Assembly: GCA_934157235.1 (NCBI GenBank)
Contig: CAKPHH010000004.1
Span: 4,585-68,584, forward strand
Direction of reading: 5' to 3'
DNA: 64,000 nt
From: an uncultured Bacilli bacterium
GTDB taxonomy: Bacteria > Bacillota_I > Bacilli_A > RF39 > UBA660
Part shown: one piece after another, positions 8,839 through 18,694 of the stretch
Position numbering within the stretch: position 1 is the stretch's first letter
How the letters are laid out: the number at the start of each line of letters is the position of its first letter
Program-made: the position numbers and the translations under genes
The notes under the pieces: model-generated
The model's database searches: none
What the model was told of the DNA's origin: nothing
What the model saw: the letters and a program-made list of their open reading frames with translations, nothing else

Positions 8839-10422
8839 ATGATACAAGTAAATAATGTTAGTTTAAAATTTGGAAAAAGAGTCTTATTTGAAGATGTTAA
8901 TATAAAATTTACTAATGGTAATTGTTATGGTTTGATTGGAGCGAATGGTTCTGGTAAATCAACTTTTTTAAAGATATTATCAGGTGAGATTGAGACAACT
9001 ACTGGAGAAGTTGTTATTTCTAAGAATGAAAGACTTTCTATTTTGAAGCAGGATCATTATCAGTTTGATGATAAGAGAGTTATTGATGTAGTTATTATGG
9101 GAAATAGTAAACTATATGAAATAATGGAAGAGAAAAATAAGATGTATGAGCAGACTGAGTTTAGTGAAGAAGATGGTATGAAACTTGCTAATTTAGAGGC
9201 TGAATTCATGGATTTAGATGGCTGGAATGCAGAGTCTGATGCTAGTACACTTTTAAATAATTTAGGTGTTAAGGAAGAGTATCATTATGTTTTAATGGGA
9301 GAATTACCAGTAAAACTTAGAGTTAAGGTTTTACTTGCTCAAGCCTTATTTGGAAATCCAGATATCTTACTTTTAGATGAACCTACTAATAGTTTGGATA
9401 TCGAGGCTATTAAATGGTTAGAAGAGTTTTTAATTAATTTTAATAATACAGTTATTATTGTTTCACATGATAGACATTTTTTAAATAAAGTTTGTACACA
9501 TATTGCGGATATTGATTATGGTAAGATTAAACTTTATGTTGGTAACTATGATTTCTGGTATGAGTCTAGTGAATTATTACAAAAACAAATGAGAGATTCT
9601 AATAAGAAAAAAGAGGAAAAGATTAAAGAATTACAAGCCTTTATTGCGAGATTCTCAGCAAATGCTTCTAAGTCAAAACAAGCAACTTCGAGAAAGAAAA
9701 TGTTAGATAAGATTCAATTAGATGAGATTGTTCCTTCTTCTAGAAAATATCCTTATATTGATTTTAAGATTGAAAAACCAGCCGGTAAAGAAATATTAAA
9801 AGTAGAAAACTTAACTAAAGTAGTTGATGGCAAAAAGATTTTAGATAAGGTATCATTTACAATACTTAAAGGTGATAAAATTGCGATAATTGCCGATAAT
9901 GATATGGTTAAGACAACTTTATTTAATATTTTGATGGGTAAAGATAAATATGATAAAGGTAGTATTGAATGGGGTAAAACTATTGTACCTGGTTATTTAC
10001 CTCAAGATAATACAGAATACTTTGATGTTGATAAGAATATTATGGAGTGGATTGGACAATATTATGATATAAAAGATGAAACAATACTTAGAGGTTTCTT
10101 GGGTAGAATGTTATTTTCTGGGGATGATGTATTTAAGAAAGTAAATGTATTATCTGGTGGGGAAAAGATGCGTTGTATGTTATCTAAGATGATGTTAGAA
10201 GGACCTAATTTCTTAATATTAGATGAACCTACTAACCATTTAGACTTAGAAAGTATTACATCTTTAAATAAGGGATTAATTAATTTCCAAGGTGAAGTTA
10301 TATTTACTTCAAGGGATTATGAACTTAATAGTACAGTTGCAAATAGAATAATTGAAATATTAGATGATGGAACTATTATAGATAGATGTGTTCCATATGA
10401 AGAATATATTGAGAAAAAATAA
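8839..10422 (+). CDS. ABC-F family ATPase (two tandem ABC domains, no TM; EttA/YbiT/Uup-like)
   Basis: GANGSGKST and LLLDEPTNSLD in domain 1; LSGGEKMRC...LILDEPTNHLD in domain 2; RBS GGTGGTGAAG. Confidence 0.9.
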   Translation: MIQVNNVSLKFGKRVLFEDVNIKFTNGNCYGLIGANGSGKSTFLKILSGEIETTTGEVVISKNERLSILKQDHYQFDDKRVIDVVIMGNSKLYEIMEEKNKMYEQTEFSEEDGMKLANLEAEFMDLDGWNAESDASTLLNNLGVKEEYHYVLMGELPVKLRVKVLLAQALFGNPDILLLDEPTNSLDIEAIKWLEEFLINFNNTVIIVSHDRHFLNKVCTHIADIDYGKIKLYVGNYDFWYESSELLQKQMRDSNKKKEEKIKELQAFIARFSANASKSKQATSRKKMLDKIQLDEIVPSSRKYPYIDFKIEKPAGKEILKVENLTKVVDGKKILDKVSFTILKGDKIAIIADNDMVKTTLFNILMGKDKYDKGSIEWGKTIVPGYLPQDNTEYFDVDKNIMEWIGQYYDIKDETILRGFLGRMLFSGDDVFKKVNVLSGGEKMRCMLSKMMLEGPNFLILDEPTNHLDLESITSLNKGLINFQGEVIFTSRDYELNSTVANRIIEILDDGTIIDRCVPYEEYIEKK

Positions 10423-10454
10423 AGATAAATAGTTTAGCTATTTATCTTTTTTTC
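10423..10454. terminator. bidirectional intrinsic terminator between convergent genes
   Basis: AGATAAATAG / CTATTTATCT 10-bp stem flanked by A-run upstream and T-run downstream. Confidence 0.6.
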
Positions 10455-10455
10455 T

Positions 10456-11403
10456 TTATACTTTTATTTTGCCTTTTTCACAACGATTTCCCCAAGAGTC
10501 AATTAAATGACTATTCTTTTCAATACGAATTATTTCACAGTTATTAGGACAACTTCCACAGTTTGTACTAGTTGTTTTAAAATTATCTGTTATAATGTCA
10601 AAAGAAAAGTTAATTTCAGGGGTTTCTTTAGAAAGAATGGCAACACCTAAAGCTCCCATTAGATGACCAAATTCATCAGTAATTATTTGGGTGTTTAGGA
10701 TGTCTTCAAAGGCTTTCTTGACAGCGATATTTTTAGAGACACCGCCTTGGAAGATGATTGGATCTTCTATTTTTTTGCCTTTGGCAACATTATTTAGATA
10801 GTTTAGAGCAATACTTCTACAAAGACCAGCTACAATATCTTTCTTTTCATAACCTAGTTGAGCTTTATGGACTAAATCACTTTCAGCAAAAACAGTACAT
10901 CTAGCAGCAATAGAAGCAGGATTTTTACTGGTTAAGGCAATTTTTCCAAAGTCTTCGATAGGAATTTCTAAGCGTTTGGCTTGACTAGTTAAGAAAGCTC
11001 CAGTACCAGCAGCACATAAAGTATTCATTGCGTAATCAGTGACAATACCATCTTTAATTAAAATTATTTTAGAGTCCTGACCACCAATTTCAATAATTGT
11101 TCTTATATTGGGATATTTTGAAAGAGTTCCAATAGCGTGAGCGGTTATTTCGTTTTTTATGATACTGGCATTTAAAATAGTACCGATTAGTTTTCTAGCA
11201 GAACCAGTGGTACCGACAGAGACTATTTTTATATTTTTATCTTTTATTTGCTTTTTTAATTCTGTTAAAACTTCTTTAACGGCGTTTATTGGGTTTCCTT
11301 TTGTCCATAAATAAGCTTTAGCTAGTATTTTATTATTCTTATCGATAATTACACCTTTTGTAGATATAGATCCTATATCTATACCTAAATATCCTTTTAT
11401 CAT
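10456..11403 (-). CDS. BadF/BadG/BcrA/BcrD-type ATPase (2-hydroxyacyl-CoA dehydratase activator HgdC-like) with C-terminal Cys cluster
   Basis: MIKGYLGIDIGSISTKGVII...GTTGSARKLIG actin-fold ATPase motifs; C-terminal CGSCPNNC...C; RBS AAGGAG. Confidence 0.8.
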   Translation of the reverse strand: MIKGYLGIDIGSISTKGVIIDKNNKILAKAYLWTKGNPINAVKEVLTELKKQIKDKNIKIVSVGTTGSARKLIGTILNASIIKNEITAHAIGTLSKYPNIRTIIEIGGQDSKIILIKDGIVTDYAMNTLCAAGTGAFLTSQAKRLEIPIEDFGKIALTSKNPASIAARCTVFAESDLVHKAQLGYEKKDIVAGLCRSIALNYLNNVAKGKKIEDPIIFQGGVSKNIAVKKAFEDILNTQIITDEFGHLMGALGVAILSKETPEINFSFDIITDNFKTTSTNCGSCPNNCEIIRIEKNSHLIDSWGNRCEKGKIKV

Positions 11404-12467
11404 TTTTTATTTCTCCTTATCTTGATTAAGTCTTCAAATGCTTCTAGTCTTGTTTTTATGCCTTCATCTGATGTTTCGACATCGTAAGAAAAGAAGAGAA
11501 TAGGCATTTCATTTTCTTGACAGATTTTTTGAATAATAGGAATGGCTCCAATTTCAGGAGTACAACCAAATGGTTTAGTATGAATTATTCCATCATAAGA
11601 TTTATTGATTAGTTTAATAGTACGATAGACATTATCTAGTCCATCGGCTCCTAGAGAATATTTACAATATTTTTTAGTTACTCTTAGCATGTGTTTTTCT
11701 AGAAACTTTTTTTGCCATAGAAGATAACTAAGATTAGTATAACGTTTTATTTCGACATGCATTTTGGCAAGATTTTTCTCGAGAAAGTAAGTAGAGAAAG
11801 GCTCCATAGCAGTATAGAGTTCACCAATGATACCTACTTTTAAACAGTCTTTTGGTTTTTGATATGGGATCTTTTTAATTTTATGTTTATATTTATAGTA
11901 ATAATAGATTTGTTTAGTAATTGATTTAGTACTTTTAAAGGCTTCAAACATTTTACTTTTTTCTTTTAAATAAGAATTTTCTTTTACTTCAAATCCAATA
12001 CGTTTTCTGATGATTTTATCGATTTTATCCATATTCCAAATAAAGATTAAGGTATATAGTAATTGGTGAATAAAGAAGAAAAAACTTAGGGAAGGGTTTA
12101 ATTTCTTAAATTCTTTATAGACTTTTGTTATTTTTAGTTTTCCATCTGTGATTAAATTAAAAAATTCAAATTCGTAATTTAGGTCTTTTAGAATAGTTTC
12201 AGTTACTTCAGCATAATAACGATATCTACAACCACCTCCGGCTGTAAAAAGAATGTTGGCTCCTTTTTCTAGGGCTTCTATAAAGTTTCCTAAGTTATAT
12301 TTGAAAGGAAGACAAACTGAATCTGGTGAATATTTAGCACCTAGTTCAATAGTTTTTTTAGTAATTGGTGGAGAAGGCATAACTTTTAATTTGGTTGTTC
12401 TTTTTAGGAATGTTGAAATAGGGATGTAGTAGTCTCCTAAATGGGGAAAACTAATTATTTTTGGCAT
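11400..12467 (-). CDS. acyl-CoA dehydratase activase-associated protein (HgdB/DUF2229-like)
   Basis: RBS AAGGAG; motifs PHLGDYY...PDSVCLPFKY...GGGCRY; start overlaps upstream gene stop, stop overlaps downstream start (ATGA). Confidence 0.55.
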   Translation of the reverse strand: MPKIISFPHLGDYYIPISTFLKRTTKLKVMPSPPITKKTIELGAKYSPDSVCLPFKYNLGNFIEALEKGANILFTAGGGCRYRYYAEVTETILKDLNYEFEFFNLITDGKLKITKVYKEFKKLNPSLSFFFFIHQLLYTLIFIWNMDKIDKIIRKRIGFEVKENSYLKEKSKMFEAFKSTKSITKQIYYYYKYKHKIKKIPYQKPKDCLKVGIIGELYTAMEPFSTYFLEKNLAKMHVEIKRYTNLSYLLWQKKFLEKHMLRVTKKYCKYSLGADGLDNVYRTIKLINKSYDGIIHTKPFGCTPEIGAIPIIQKICQENEMPILFFSYDVETSDEGIKTRLEAFEDLIKIRRNKK

Positions 12468-13370
12468 AGATTTCTCCTTTCTAAGATGTCAATAAAACTT
12501 TCTAAACGAGTAATTATTCCAGCCTCACTATTTAGATCTTCAAATATTAAAGTGATGATAGGAATATTTTTAATTTTTCTTGTTACTAATTCATTACTTA
12601 GAGAATCTGGACCACAGGGGAAAGAAGAAATGATAATTATACCATCGACTTTATCTTGATAATAGTTGATACTAGCAACGACTTCTTTACTGTGAGTCCA
12701 ATGAATATCAGTTGATAGTTTATGGCATTCCTGGTCTATGATGGTATGATCTATTCGATCACTATAAAAAATAGAAATATTATTTTGAGAGAGAAAATCA
12801 CTAATGGTTTTACCGATTAACTCATCATATAAATTATATGGATGACCAGCTAGAAGTATTTTTAAATTGTTGCTTTCTAGGAGTTTTCGTTGATTTTCTT
12901 CCTTTTTTGTGCGTTCTTCTAAAGCAACTTTTTCAGCTTCCTTAAAGGCTTTATAACTTTGAATGTATGATATACCTAGAGTTTCACCTAGCTCTAGAAA
13001 AGCAATTAATTTACTTATTCGTTTAGTTAAGTCAATATTGTAGTTTAGAATATTAAGATCAAATAAATTGTTTACTAAATCATATAAACAATTAAAGTTA
13101 GTACAGACTTGTTCATTTTTCTTGATAGAATACATTCTTGGAACTAAGATGTAGTCACATTTATCTTTTAAATCTATAATATGACCTAAATACATTTTTA
13201 AGGCAAGACAAGCTTCATCATTGGAAATATTAATACCATCTTTTAGAATTTTTTTATTACTTTTGGAACTTAGGATAGTGTTAAAGCCTAGTTCTTTAAA
13301 AAAAGTAGTCCAAAATATATCATCGTAGTAATATAGTAACGCTCTAGGAATTCCAATAGTTTTTTTAATA
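12455..13370 (-). CDS. DUF2229-type CoA-enzyme-activase-associated protein; apparent non-canonical ATT initiation codon
   Basis: ORF-track ATG 13195 is internal: the frame continues upstream without stops as (ATT)KKTIGIPRALLYYYDDIFWTTFFKELGFNTILSS..., the conserved family N-terminus, preceded by GAGGA RBS 9 nt upstream of ATT at 13370-13368; no ATG/GTG/TTG in frame. Confidence 0.5.
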
Positions 13371-13520
13371 GTATCACGTCCTCAATTAAGAATATGAATA
13401 TTTGATAATCTCTATTAATTTTTTAAACGACATTTAAGAACAATTTATGGCTTTATTTTTTAGTTAGTTGTGTTATAATTATTGTAGTAAATATCTATAT
13501 TTATTTGGGAGGTATTAATT

Positions 13521-13973
13521 ATGGGCATAGTTTATGAAAAGGCTTTGAAGTTTAAAAGAGAACATCCTTCTACGATTGGCTGGAGATTAAAGAAAAATTC
13601 ATCTATCGTTGAAAAACATTTAAATCCTGGAGAGAAAGTTTTATATGTGTTTGTAGCACAGAAGAATGATAATCCTTTAGATATTTTGGGTACGGCAGTT
13701 GTTGCTCTTACGGATAAGAGAATACTTATTGGTCGTAAGAGAGTTGTTTTTGGATATTTTTTAGATTCTGTTACTCCAGATTTATTTAATGATTTAAAAG
13801 TAAAAGGTGGACTTATTTGGGGGAAAGTTTATATTGATACAGTTAAAGAATTTATTACACTTTCAAATATAGGAGTAGAGGCACTTCCAGAAATTGAAAC
13901 GAAAATTAGTAGTTACATGATGGATATGAAGCAAAAATATTATTCTCGTAAAGATGATAATAATGATGATTAA
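13521..13973 (+). CDS. bacterial PH-domain (YdbS/YdbT-like) protein
   Basis: RBS GGGAGG; extended -10 TGTGTTATAAT upstream; sequence pattern of bPH_2 domain. Confidence 0.5.
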   Translation: MGIVYEKALKFKREHPSTIGWRLKKNSSIVEKHLNPGEKVLYVFVAQKNDNPLDILGTAVVALTDKRILIGRKRVVFGYFLDSVTPDLFNDLKVKGGLIWGKVYIDTVKEFITLSNIGVEALPEIETKISSYMMDMKQKYYSRKDDNNDD

Positions 13974-13999
13974 AGGTCTTTATTTGGACCTTTTTTTTT
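13973..13999 (+). terminator. intrinsic terminator
   Basis: AGGTC-tttatttg-GACCT then T9. Confidence 0.65.
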
Positions 14000-14022
14000 G
14001 TTATAATTAGGATGGTGGTAGT

Positions 14023-15285
14023 ATGAAAAAGTTACTTACGATTTTGTGTTTTTTAGGAGTTATTGCGTTGGCATTTCAGTTAATTGTACAGTTTTTTATT
14101 GTACATCAAGATATTAAGTATTCTATTGCGACTAAAGATAATGCATATTTAATAGATGAAAAGTTAGATATTGATGGAAAGAAGAATTTGTATTCTTTTA
14201 AAGTTGTAGATAAAAATGAAAAGACTTATTATTTTAGTTTTCTGAATGATTATAATAGACGTGAGAGAGTAATTGAAGATATTAAGTTTTTTGATGAGGG
14301 AGACTTACAATGTATTTATCCAATCTATAGAAATAAGAAGACTTCGGATGTTTATTGTAATTACGAAGGTACTCAAGTTAGTTATAGTTATTTGAAGCAG
14401 TTAGGTGACTCTTCTATAAATAAAATTGTTAAGACGTTGAAAAGTAAGAAGTATGATGCAGTATCTTGGAAGAAGGAAACTGTTCCTAAAGAGATTTCAA
14501 CTAGTTATAAATTTTATTTGAAAAATGTTCCAAAAGACACATTCTTTACAGTTTGGTTTTACAAAGGATTTTATATTTTAAAGAATGGTAAACTTGCTAA
14601 AAAGGAATTTTTAAATGGAGATCAATATGAAAATAATTTGAGTTTATTAACAGGAAATTATTATGTATCAATTAATACGGATATGAATTCTGGTAGTGAT
14701 TATACAGCCTTTTATTTATATGATGTTGTTAATGGAGGAAAGGGTCGCTTAGATTTAGATGAACATATTTCTTCTAATATGTATATCAATGGGGAATATG
14801 ATGGTAAATTTTATTATACTGATTTGAGTAGTAAGAAGCAGTTTATGATAAATCCAGATCAAGAAAGTGTTACAGAAGTTGGTAATGTAAAAGATGGATT
14901 TAAGACTGTTCAGGCTAATAAGTTAGTAGAAGTTTCGGCTAAAGATTATTTGAAACATAAAAATATTTGGACAAATGATGTTTCTAATAATGTTTTAAAG
15001 AAGATGTATGGAGCAAAAGAAGTTAAGAGGGATAAGGACAGGTATTATTTCTTAACAGATGAAGGGGCACTATATAAAGTTTTTAGAAATGATATAGAAC
15101 ATCCAATATTGTTATGTACTTTTGATGAGGTATCAGAGTGGAAGGTAAAGGACTCAAATGTCATGGTTGTATCTGGGGATACGATGTATTATTACAATGA
15201 TGTTGTAGGACTTTTACCAATTGTTGTTAGTGGGGAACTTAAGTATAATTACAAAAATATTTGTGATTTTGTAGTGAAGCAATAG
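14023..15285 (+). CDS. signal-anchored hypothetical extracellular protein
   Basis: 420 aa, N-terminal hydrophobic helix, RBS GGATGGTGG; terminator hairpin GAAGCAATA/ATTGCTTC at 15276-15304. Confidence 0.5.
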   Translation: MKKLLTILCFLGVIALAFQLIVQFFIVHQDIKYSIATKDNAYLIDEKLDIDGKKNLYSFKVVDKNEKTYYFSFLNDYNRRERVIEDIKFFDEGDLQCIYPIYRNKKTSDVYCNYEGTQVSYSYLKQLGDSSINKIVKTLKSKKYDAVSWKKETVPKEISTSYKFYLKNVPKDTFFTVWFYKGFYILKNGKLAKKEFLNGDQYENNLSLLTGNYYVSINTDMNSGSDYTAFYLYDVVNGGKGRLDLDEHISSNMYINGEYDGKFYYTDLSSKKQFMINPDQESVTEVGNVKDGFKTVQANKLVEVSAKDYLKHKNIWTNDVSNNVLKKMYGAKEVKRDKDRYYFLTDEGALYKVFRNDIEHPILLCTFDEVSEWKVKDSNVMVVSGDTMYYYNDVVGLLPIVVSGELKYNYKNICDFVVKQ

Positions 15286-15334
15286 TAATATTGCTTCTTT
15301 TTTGGCATAAAATTATAAAAATGGAATAAATTTA

Positions 15335-15363
15335 TTGAAATTTGTAAAATCATTTGATATAAT
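15335..15363 (+). promoter_or_regulatory. promoter of tRNA-Cys/tRNA-Gly operon (TTGAAA-17-TATAAT)
   Basis: TTGAAA 15335-15340, 17-nt spacer, TATAAT 15358-15363. Confidence 0.6.
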
Positions 15364-15375
15364 CGTAAGTGCAAT

Positions 15376-15449
15376 GGGGTTTTAGCCAAGTGGTAAGGCG
15401 TGGGTCTGCAACACCCTGATCACCGGTTCAAATCCGGTAGGCCCCTCCA
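15376..15449 (+). tRNA. tRNA-Cys (GCA)
   Basis: Cloverleaf: acceptor GGGGTTT/AGGCCCC, T-arm ACCGG-TTCAAAT-CCGGT, anticodon loop CTGCAAC, 3' CCA encoded. Confidence 0.85.
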
Positions 15450-15452
15450 GTT

Positions 15453-15527
15453 GCGAATGTGGTTTAATGGTTAGAATACGGCCTTGCCAAGGCTGTGATG
15501 GGGGTTCGATTCCCCTCGTTCGCTCCA
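15453..15527 (+). tRNA. tRNA-Gly (GCC)
   Basis: Acceptor GCGAATG/CGTTCGC, anticodon loop TTGCCAA, T-loop TTCGATT, CCA encoded. Confidence 0.85.
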
Positions 15528-15570
15528 TTGAGGAATCTGTTCGAACTATTTAGTTTGAACTTGATATATA

Positions 15571-15596
15571 AATCAATCGAAAGATTGATTTTTTTG
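15571..15596 (+). terminator. intrinsic terminator after tRNA pair
   Basis: AATCAATC-gaaa-GATTGATT then TTTTTT. Confidence 0.7.
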
Positions 15597-15733
15597 TGTC
15601 TTACAATGAAATCATCCCAAAGAAAAAGATGATTACAATATTGAAATTTAATATTTAAATAATATAAATGATACTAAAAAATAGAAAATCCACACTATAT
15701 ATGGTATAATATTATATAGATGGAGGTTTTATT

Positions 15734-16312
15734 ATGATTAAAGAAACTGTTAAGTATCCTGAATTTTCTGAAATTGATTTTATAAGATTATATTGTGCAA
15801 TGAATTTTAAAAATGGTTGTTCTCCAATCATAAAACATAATGAATTAGAAAAAAAGTTATATAGATTTTATTCATTACCTGAATTTAGAGATTTATTTCA
15901 AGATATATGTCCTAAAAAAGATTATACAAATCCAGAAAACAGTTATTTGAATTTGGGAACTGCCTTGAATACAGCTCAATTAGTTGGACTACTAATACCT
16001 ATACAAAGCACTGGAGAAACTAGTTCGATTATTTCTTGCAATGATAAAATAGCACAAGAAATAATATCAAGTACTGATACGGAAATGGTTAATAAAATGT
16101 CTAAATTATTTAATTTAATGCTTGACTTTGATAGCAGTTCAAAAGAAAATCATTTTTATCAAACATCTGATGCTGGATTAGTATCAGATAAACAATTTAT
16201 TGATGAGCAAGTAGAAAGTTATACTAAGGCATTAAATTCTCCTGTTATGCCAGAAATTCAAGAATCAGGACCGGTATTAATTAAAAAAAGGAATGAAGAC
16301 ACCAAGAAATAA
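15734..16312 (+). CDS. hypothetical cytoplasmic protein (tRNA-adjacent accessory segment)
   Basis: RBS GGAGG; 192 aa, no recognisable motifs. Confidence 0.45.
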   Translation: MIKETVKYPEFSEIDFIRLYCAMNFKNGCSPIIKHNELEKKLYRFYSLPEFRDLFQDICPKKDYTNPENSYLNLGTALNTAQLVGLLIPIQSTGETSSIISCNDKIAQEIISSTDTEMVNKMSKLFNLMLDFDSSSKENHFYQTSDAGLVSDKQFIDEQVESYTKALNSPVMPEIQESGPVLIKKRNEDTKK

Positions 16313-16459
16313 TTGCCACTTTTTTCATTTTTTTGATAAACTATATTTAGTGATTGATATTTATGTATCAATTTCGTGTATTGGAAAAAGTTGTAGATAT
16401 CTATGACCTTGGCTCCATATCAATAAGAAGCTCGGTTACGTGAGTTTAAATGATAGATG

Positions 16460-16484
16460 CTAACTAGGAATAGTTAGTTTTTTT
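16460..16484 (+). terminator. intrinsic terminator
   Basis: CTAACTA-ggaa-TAGTTAG then T7. Confidence 0.6.
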
Positions 16485-16529
16485 GTGATGTAAAGTACTT
16501 TTTTGAAATAACAATAATACTGTAAAAAA

Positions 16530-16562
16530 GAAAAAAAGATGATTTTAAAATCATCTTTTCAA
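16530..16562. terminator. bidirectional terminator (palindrome AAGATGATTTT/AAAATCATCTT)
   Basis: Perfect palindrome flanked by A-run and T-run, directly 3' of minus-strand gene 16563-16844. Confidence 0.6.
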
Positions 16563-16844
16563 TTACTTATGTGTTGTGCCTGTTTTTTCTTCTTGATGTT
16601 GTTTAACAACTTCGCAAGTGAAGTATTTATCATCATGGCTATTGTAAAAATAGCTATCTCTTCCTTTTACATATGCTCTTAAACTAGCTGCTACTGTTGG
16701 GTTATTTTCTTTTGCTATTAGAGATTCTATTTCAATTGGTGAAAGCGGCAATATAACAACATCTTGTGGGTATGAATCATTTTCACCCTCGGTATACATG
16801 TTTCTTAATTCTTTCACATTATAATACATAATTATAATTCTCAC
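16563..16844 (-). CDS. small hypothetical protein (93 aa)
   Basis: ORF with terminator directly downstream; no family call. Confidence 0.4.
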   Translation of the reverse strand: MRIIIMYYNVKELRNMYTEGENDSYPQDVVILPLSPIEIESLIAKENNPTVAASLRAYVKGRDSYFYNSHDDKYFTCEVVKQHQEEKTGTTHK

Positions 16845-16987
16845 TTTTTATGCTGCATGTTATAGCACATTTTAATTGAAAAGTAAAGAAAAGTTCTGCT
16901 TATTATTATTTTAACGGTAAATTTAATATAGTTGACAATCTAAACTCTATAGTATAGAATATGCCTCTAGTAAGTGAGGGGATTTAG

Positions 16988-17695
16988 TTGAAAAATTTAG
17001 ATAACGTAAGAAATCTTATAAGAGTAGATTTATATGGTGATGGTATTGTTGGTAATGAATATAATGGTGCTTTTGTTATTGATAGACATAAGAATGGGGA
17101 GTTTTTTCTTCTAGTAGTATCTAATGGAGTGGGCTGGGATCATGTAAGTGTGACACTGCATAGAAAAAATGGTGCTGATATTAAAAGATGTCCTTCATTT
17201 GAAGAAATGCAAATGATTAAAGAAAAAATATTTGCGGATGATGAGGTTGTATTTCAACTTCATCCTAGAGTAGAAGATTATATTAATACGCATCCTTTTT
17301 GTCTTCATTTATGGAGACCTAATAATTGTAGTATGAATATTCCACCATTACATTCGGTTGATGAAGCTAAATTAAGAGAAGATTGTGAGTTTGAACATGA
17401 TGGCATTATAGTAAAAATTAAAAAGGGTAATATTGATGGATGGCAAGTAGCAAGGGTCAATTGTTTTACGAGAGATGGAAGAGTAGTTAAAAGTAGTCCT
17501 AATTGGAATGTGATGTGTAAAGCTAAGGAAATTGTGTTTGGTGAAGAAGAAGCGGCATTTCAGTTTATGGCAGCAGGATCTGATAATAGTCACACTGGAT
17601 TAGATATATGGCATCCAACTAGTTTAGATTTGAGTCCACCATTACCTAAAGCTATTTTAGTAGGAGTTGATAAAAAGTTTGTCAAGACAAAGTAA
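16988..17695 (+). CDS. Cys/His-rich hypothetical protein (235 aa)
   Basis: TTG start after GTGAGGGGA RBS; TTGACA-17-TAGAAT promoter at 16933-16961; several conserved-looking Cys/His (WDHVSV, HPFCLHLW, NNCSMN, CEFEHDG); GC higher than flanks. Confidence 0.45.
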   Translation: MKNLDNVRNLIRVDLYGDGIVGNEYNGAFVIDRHKNGEFFLLVVSNGVGWDHVSVTLHRKNGADIKRCPSFEEMQMIKEKIFADDEVVFQLHPRVEDYINTHPFCLHLWRPNNCSMNIPPLHSVDEAKLREDCEFEHDGIIVKIKKGNIDGWQVARVNCFTRDGRVVKSSPNWNVMCKAKEIVFGEEEAAFQFMAAGSDNSHTGLDIWHPTSLDLSPPLPKAILVGVDKKFVKTK

Positions 17696-17727
17696 TATGT
17701 TTATATTTAATATTTTCAAGTAACTAA

Positions 17728-17766
17728 AAAGACTTCTAACAATTTTATTGTTTGGAAGTCTTTTGT
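17728..17766. terminator. bidirectional terminator between convergent genes
   Basis: AAAGACTTC...GAAGTCTTT stem with flanking A/T runs. Confidence 0.55.
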
Positions 17767-17775
17767 TTATATGCG

Positions 17776-18561
17776 TTATTTTTTTAATTCTTTTGGATTT
17801 ATATCACTGGTTTTTTGATATAAAATTCTTCTGTCGGCACCATAACCATCGCGTACTGTAACTTTTTCTTTGGTAACAATCATACTAGTTTTCCATGAAT
17901 AATCAAAAGGGTCTACATCGATTAATTTTCCAGCTTTGGCTAGAATGTAGCATGGTCCATAATCTACATCTACAGTACAATTTCCATAAGTTTCAACTTT
18001 TTCATAAACATATTCGGCTAAACTTTCTTTAAATATTTTTAATTCTGCTTCAGTGTATTCTCTTTTTGAACCGGCTATAGCCATGGCAAATATTGATGTT
18101 AATTCATCGCCATTATTAAAGTCCCTTGTTTGAAGTGAGTTTGCCCAATATTCAGCAGCAACTTTGGCGTATTCTGGATAATCTTCACCAGAGGCAGTAT
18201 TTATTTTTTTTGGCAATACAGCACCAAAAAAGTCATTACCTAGTTTTCGATATTCATCAGCAAAATCTCCATCGGCGATTGCATCAACACATTGAGAAAG
18301 CGCTGTTATTGCTACTTCTGCACGCCAAGGATTTTTTATAAAAAATTCAGGAAATGTTTTTCCTTTATAATTGTTTTTGCCTTTTTTTATAGCATTTTCA
18401 ATATCAGATACAGTTAGGATAAGTCTTGCTGGTATTAATGTATCTTTGATGATGGTTGCTAAATAATCAGTCATAGTATATAGTTCTTCTTCCATACCTG
18501 GGCAAAGTTCTCTTGCTTTAGCAAATTTTTCTTTAGCATTTTTTAATTCTACTTTTTTCAT
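17776..18561 (-). CDS. hypothetical protein (261 aa)
   Basis: RBS AAGGAG; no recognisable catalytic motif. Confidence 0.5.
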   Translation of the reverse strand: MKKVELKNAKEKFAKARELCPGMEEELYTMTDYLATIIKDTLIPARLILTVSDIENAIKKGKNNYKGKTFPEFFIKNPWRAEVAITALSQCVDAIADGDFADEYRKLGNDFFGAVLPKKINTASGEDYPEYAKVAAEYWANSLQTRDFNNGDELTSIFAMAIAGSKREYTEAELKIFKESLAEYVYEKVETYGNCTVDVDYGPCYILAKAGKLIDVDPFDYSWKTSMIVTKEKVTVRDGYGADRRILYQKTSDINPKELKK

Positions 18562-18694
18562 TAATATCTACTCCTTGACTTTCTAGTGTACAGTAACTAT
18601 TAAAAAAATGCAAACTTTTTCCTGTTTACATTTCGTTTTATATGAGTGTTTCTTTAGCAATATTTTGATATGGTGTAGCCATTTAATCATTATA

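Noticed and set aside
12441-12659. ORF 12441-12659(+)
   Set aside because: Antisense to the junction of two coupled minus-strand genes with good RBSs.
17372-18341. ORFs 17372-17593(-) and 18126-18341(+)
   Set aside because: Antisense to longer ORFs 16988-17695 and 17776-18561.
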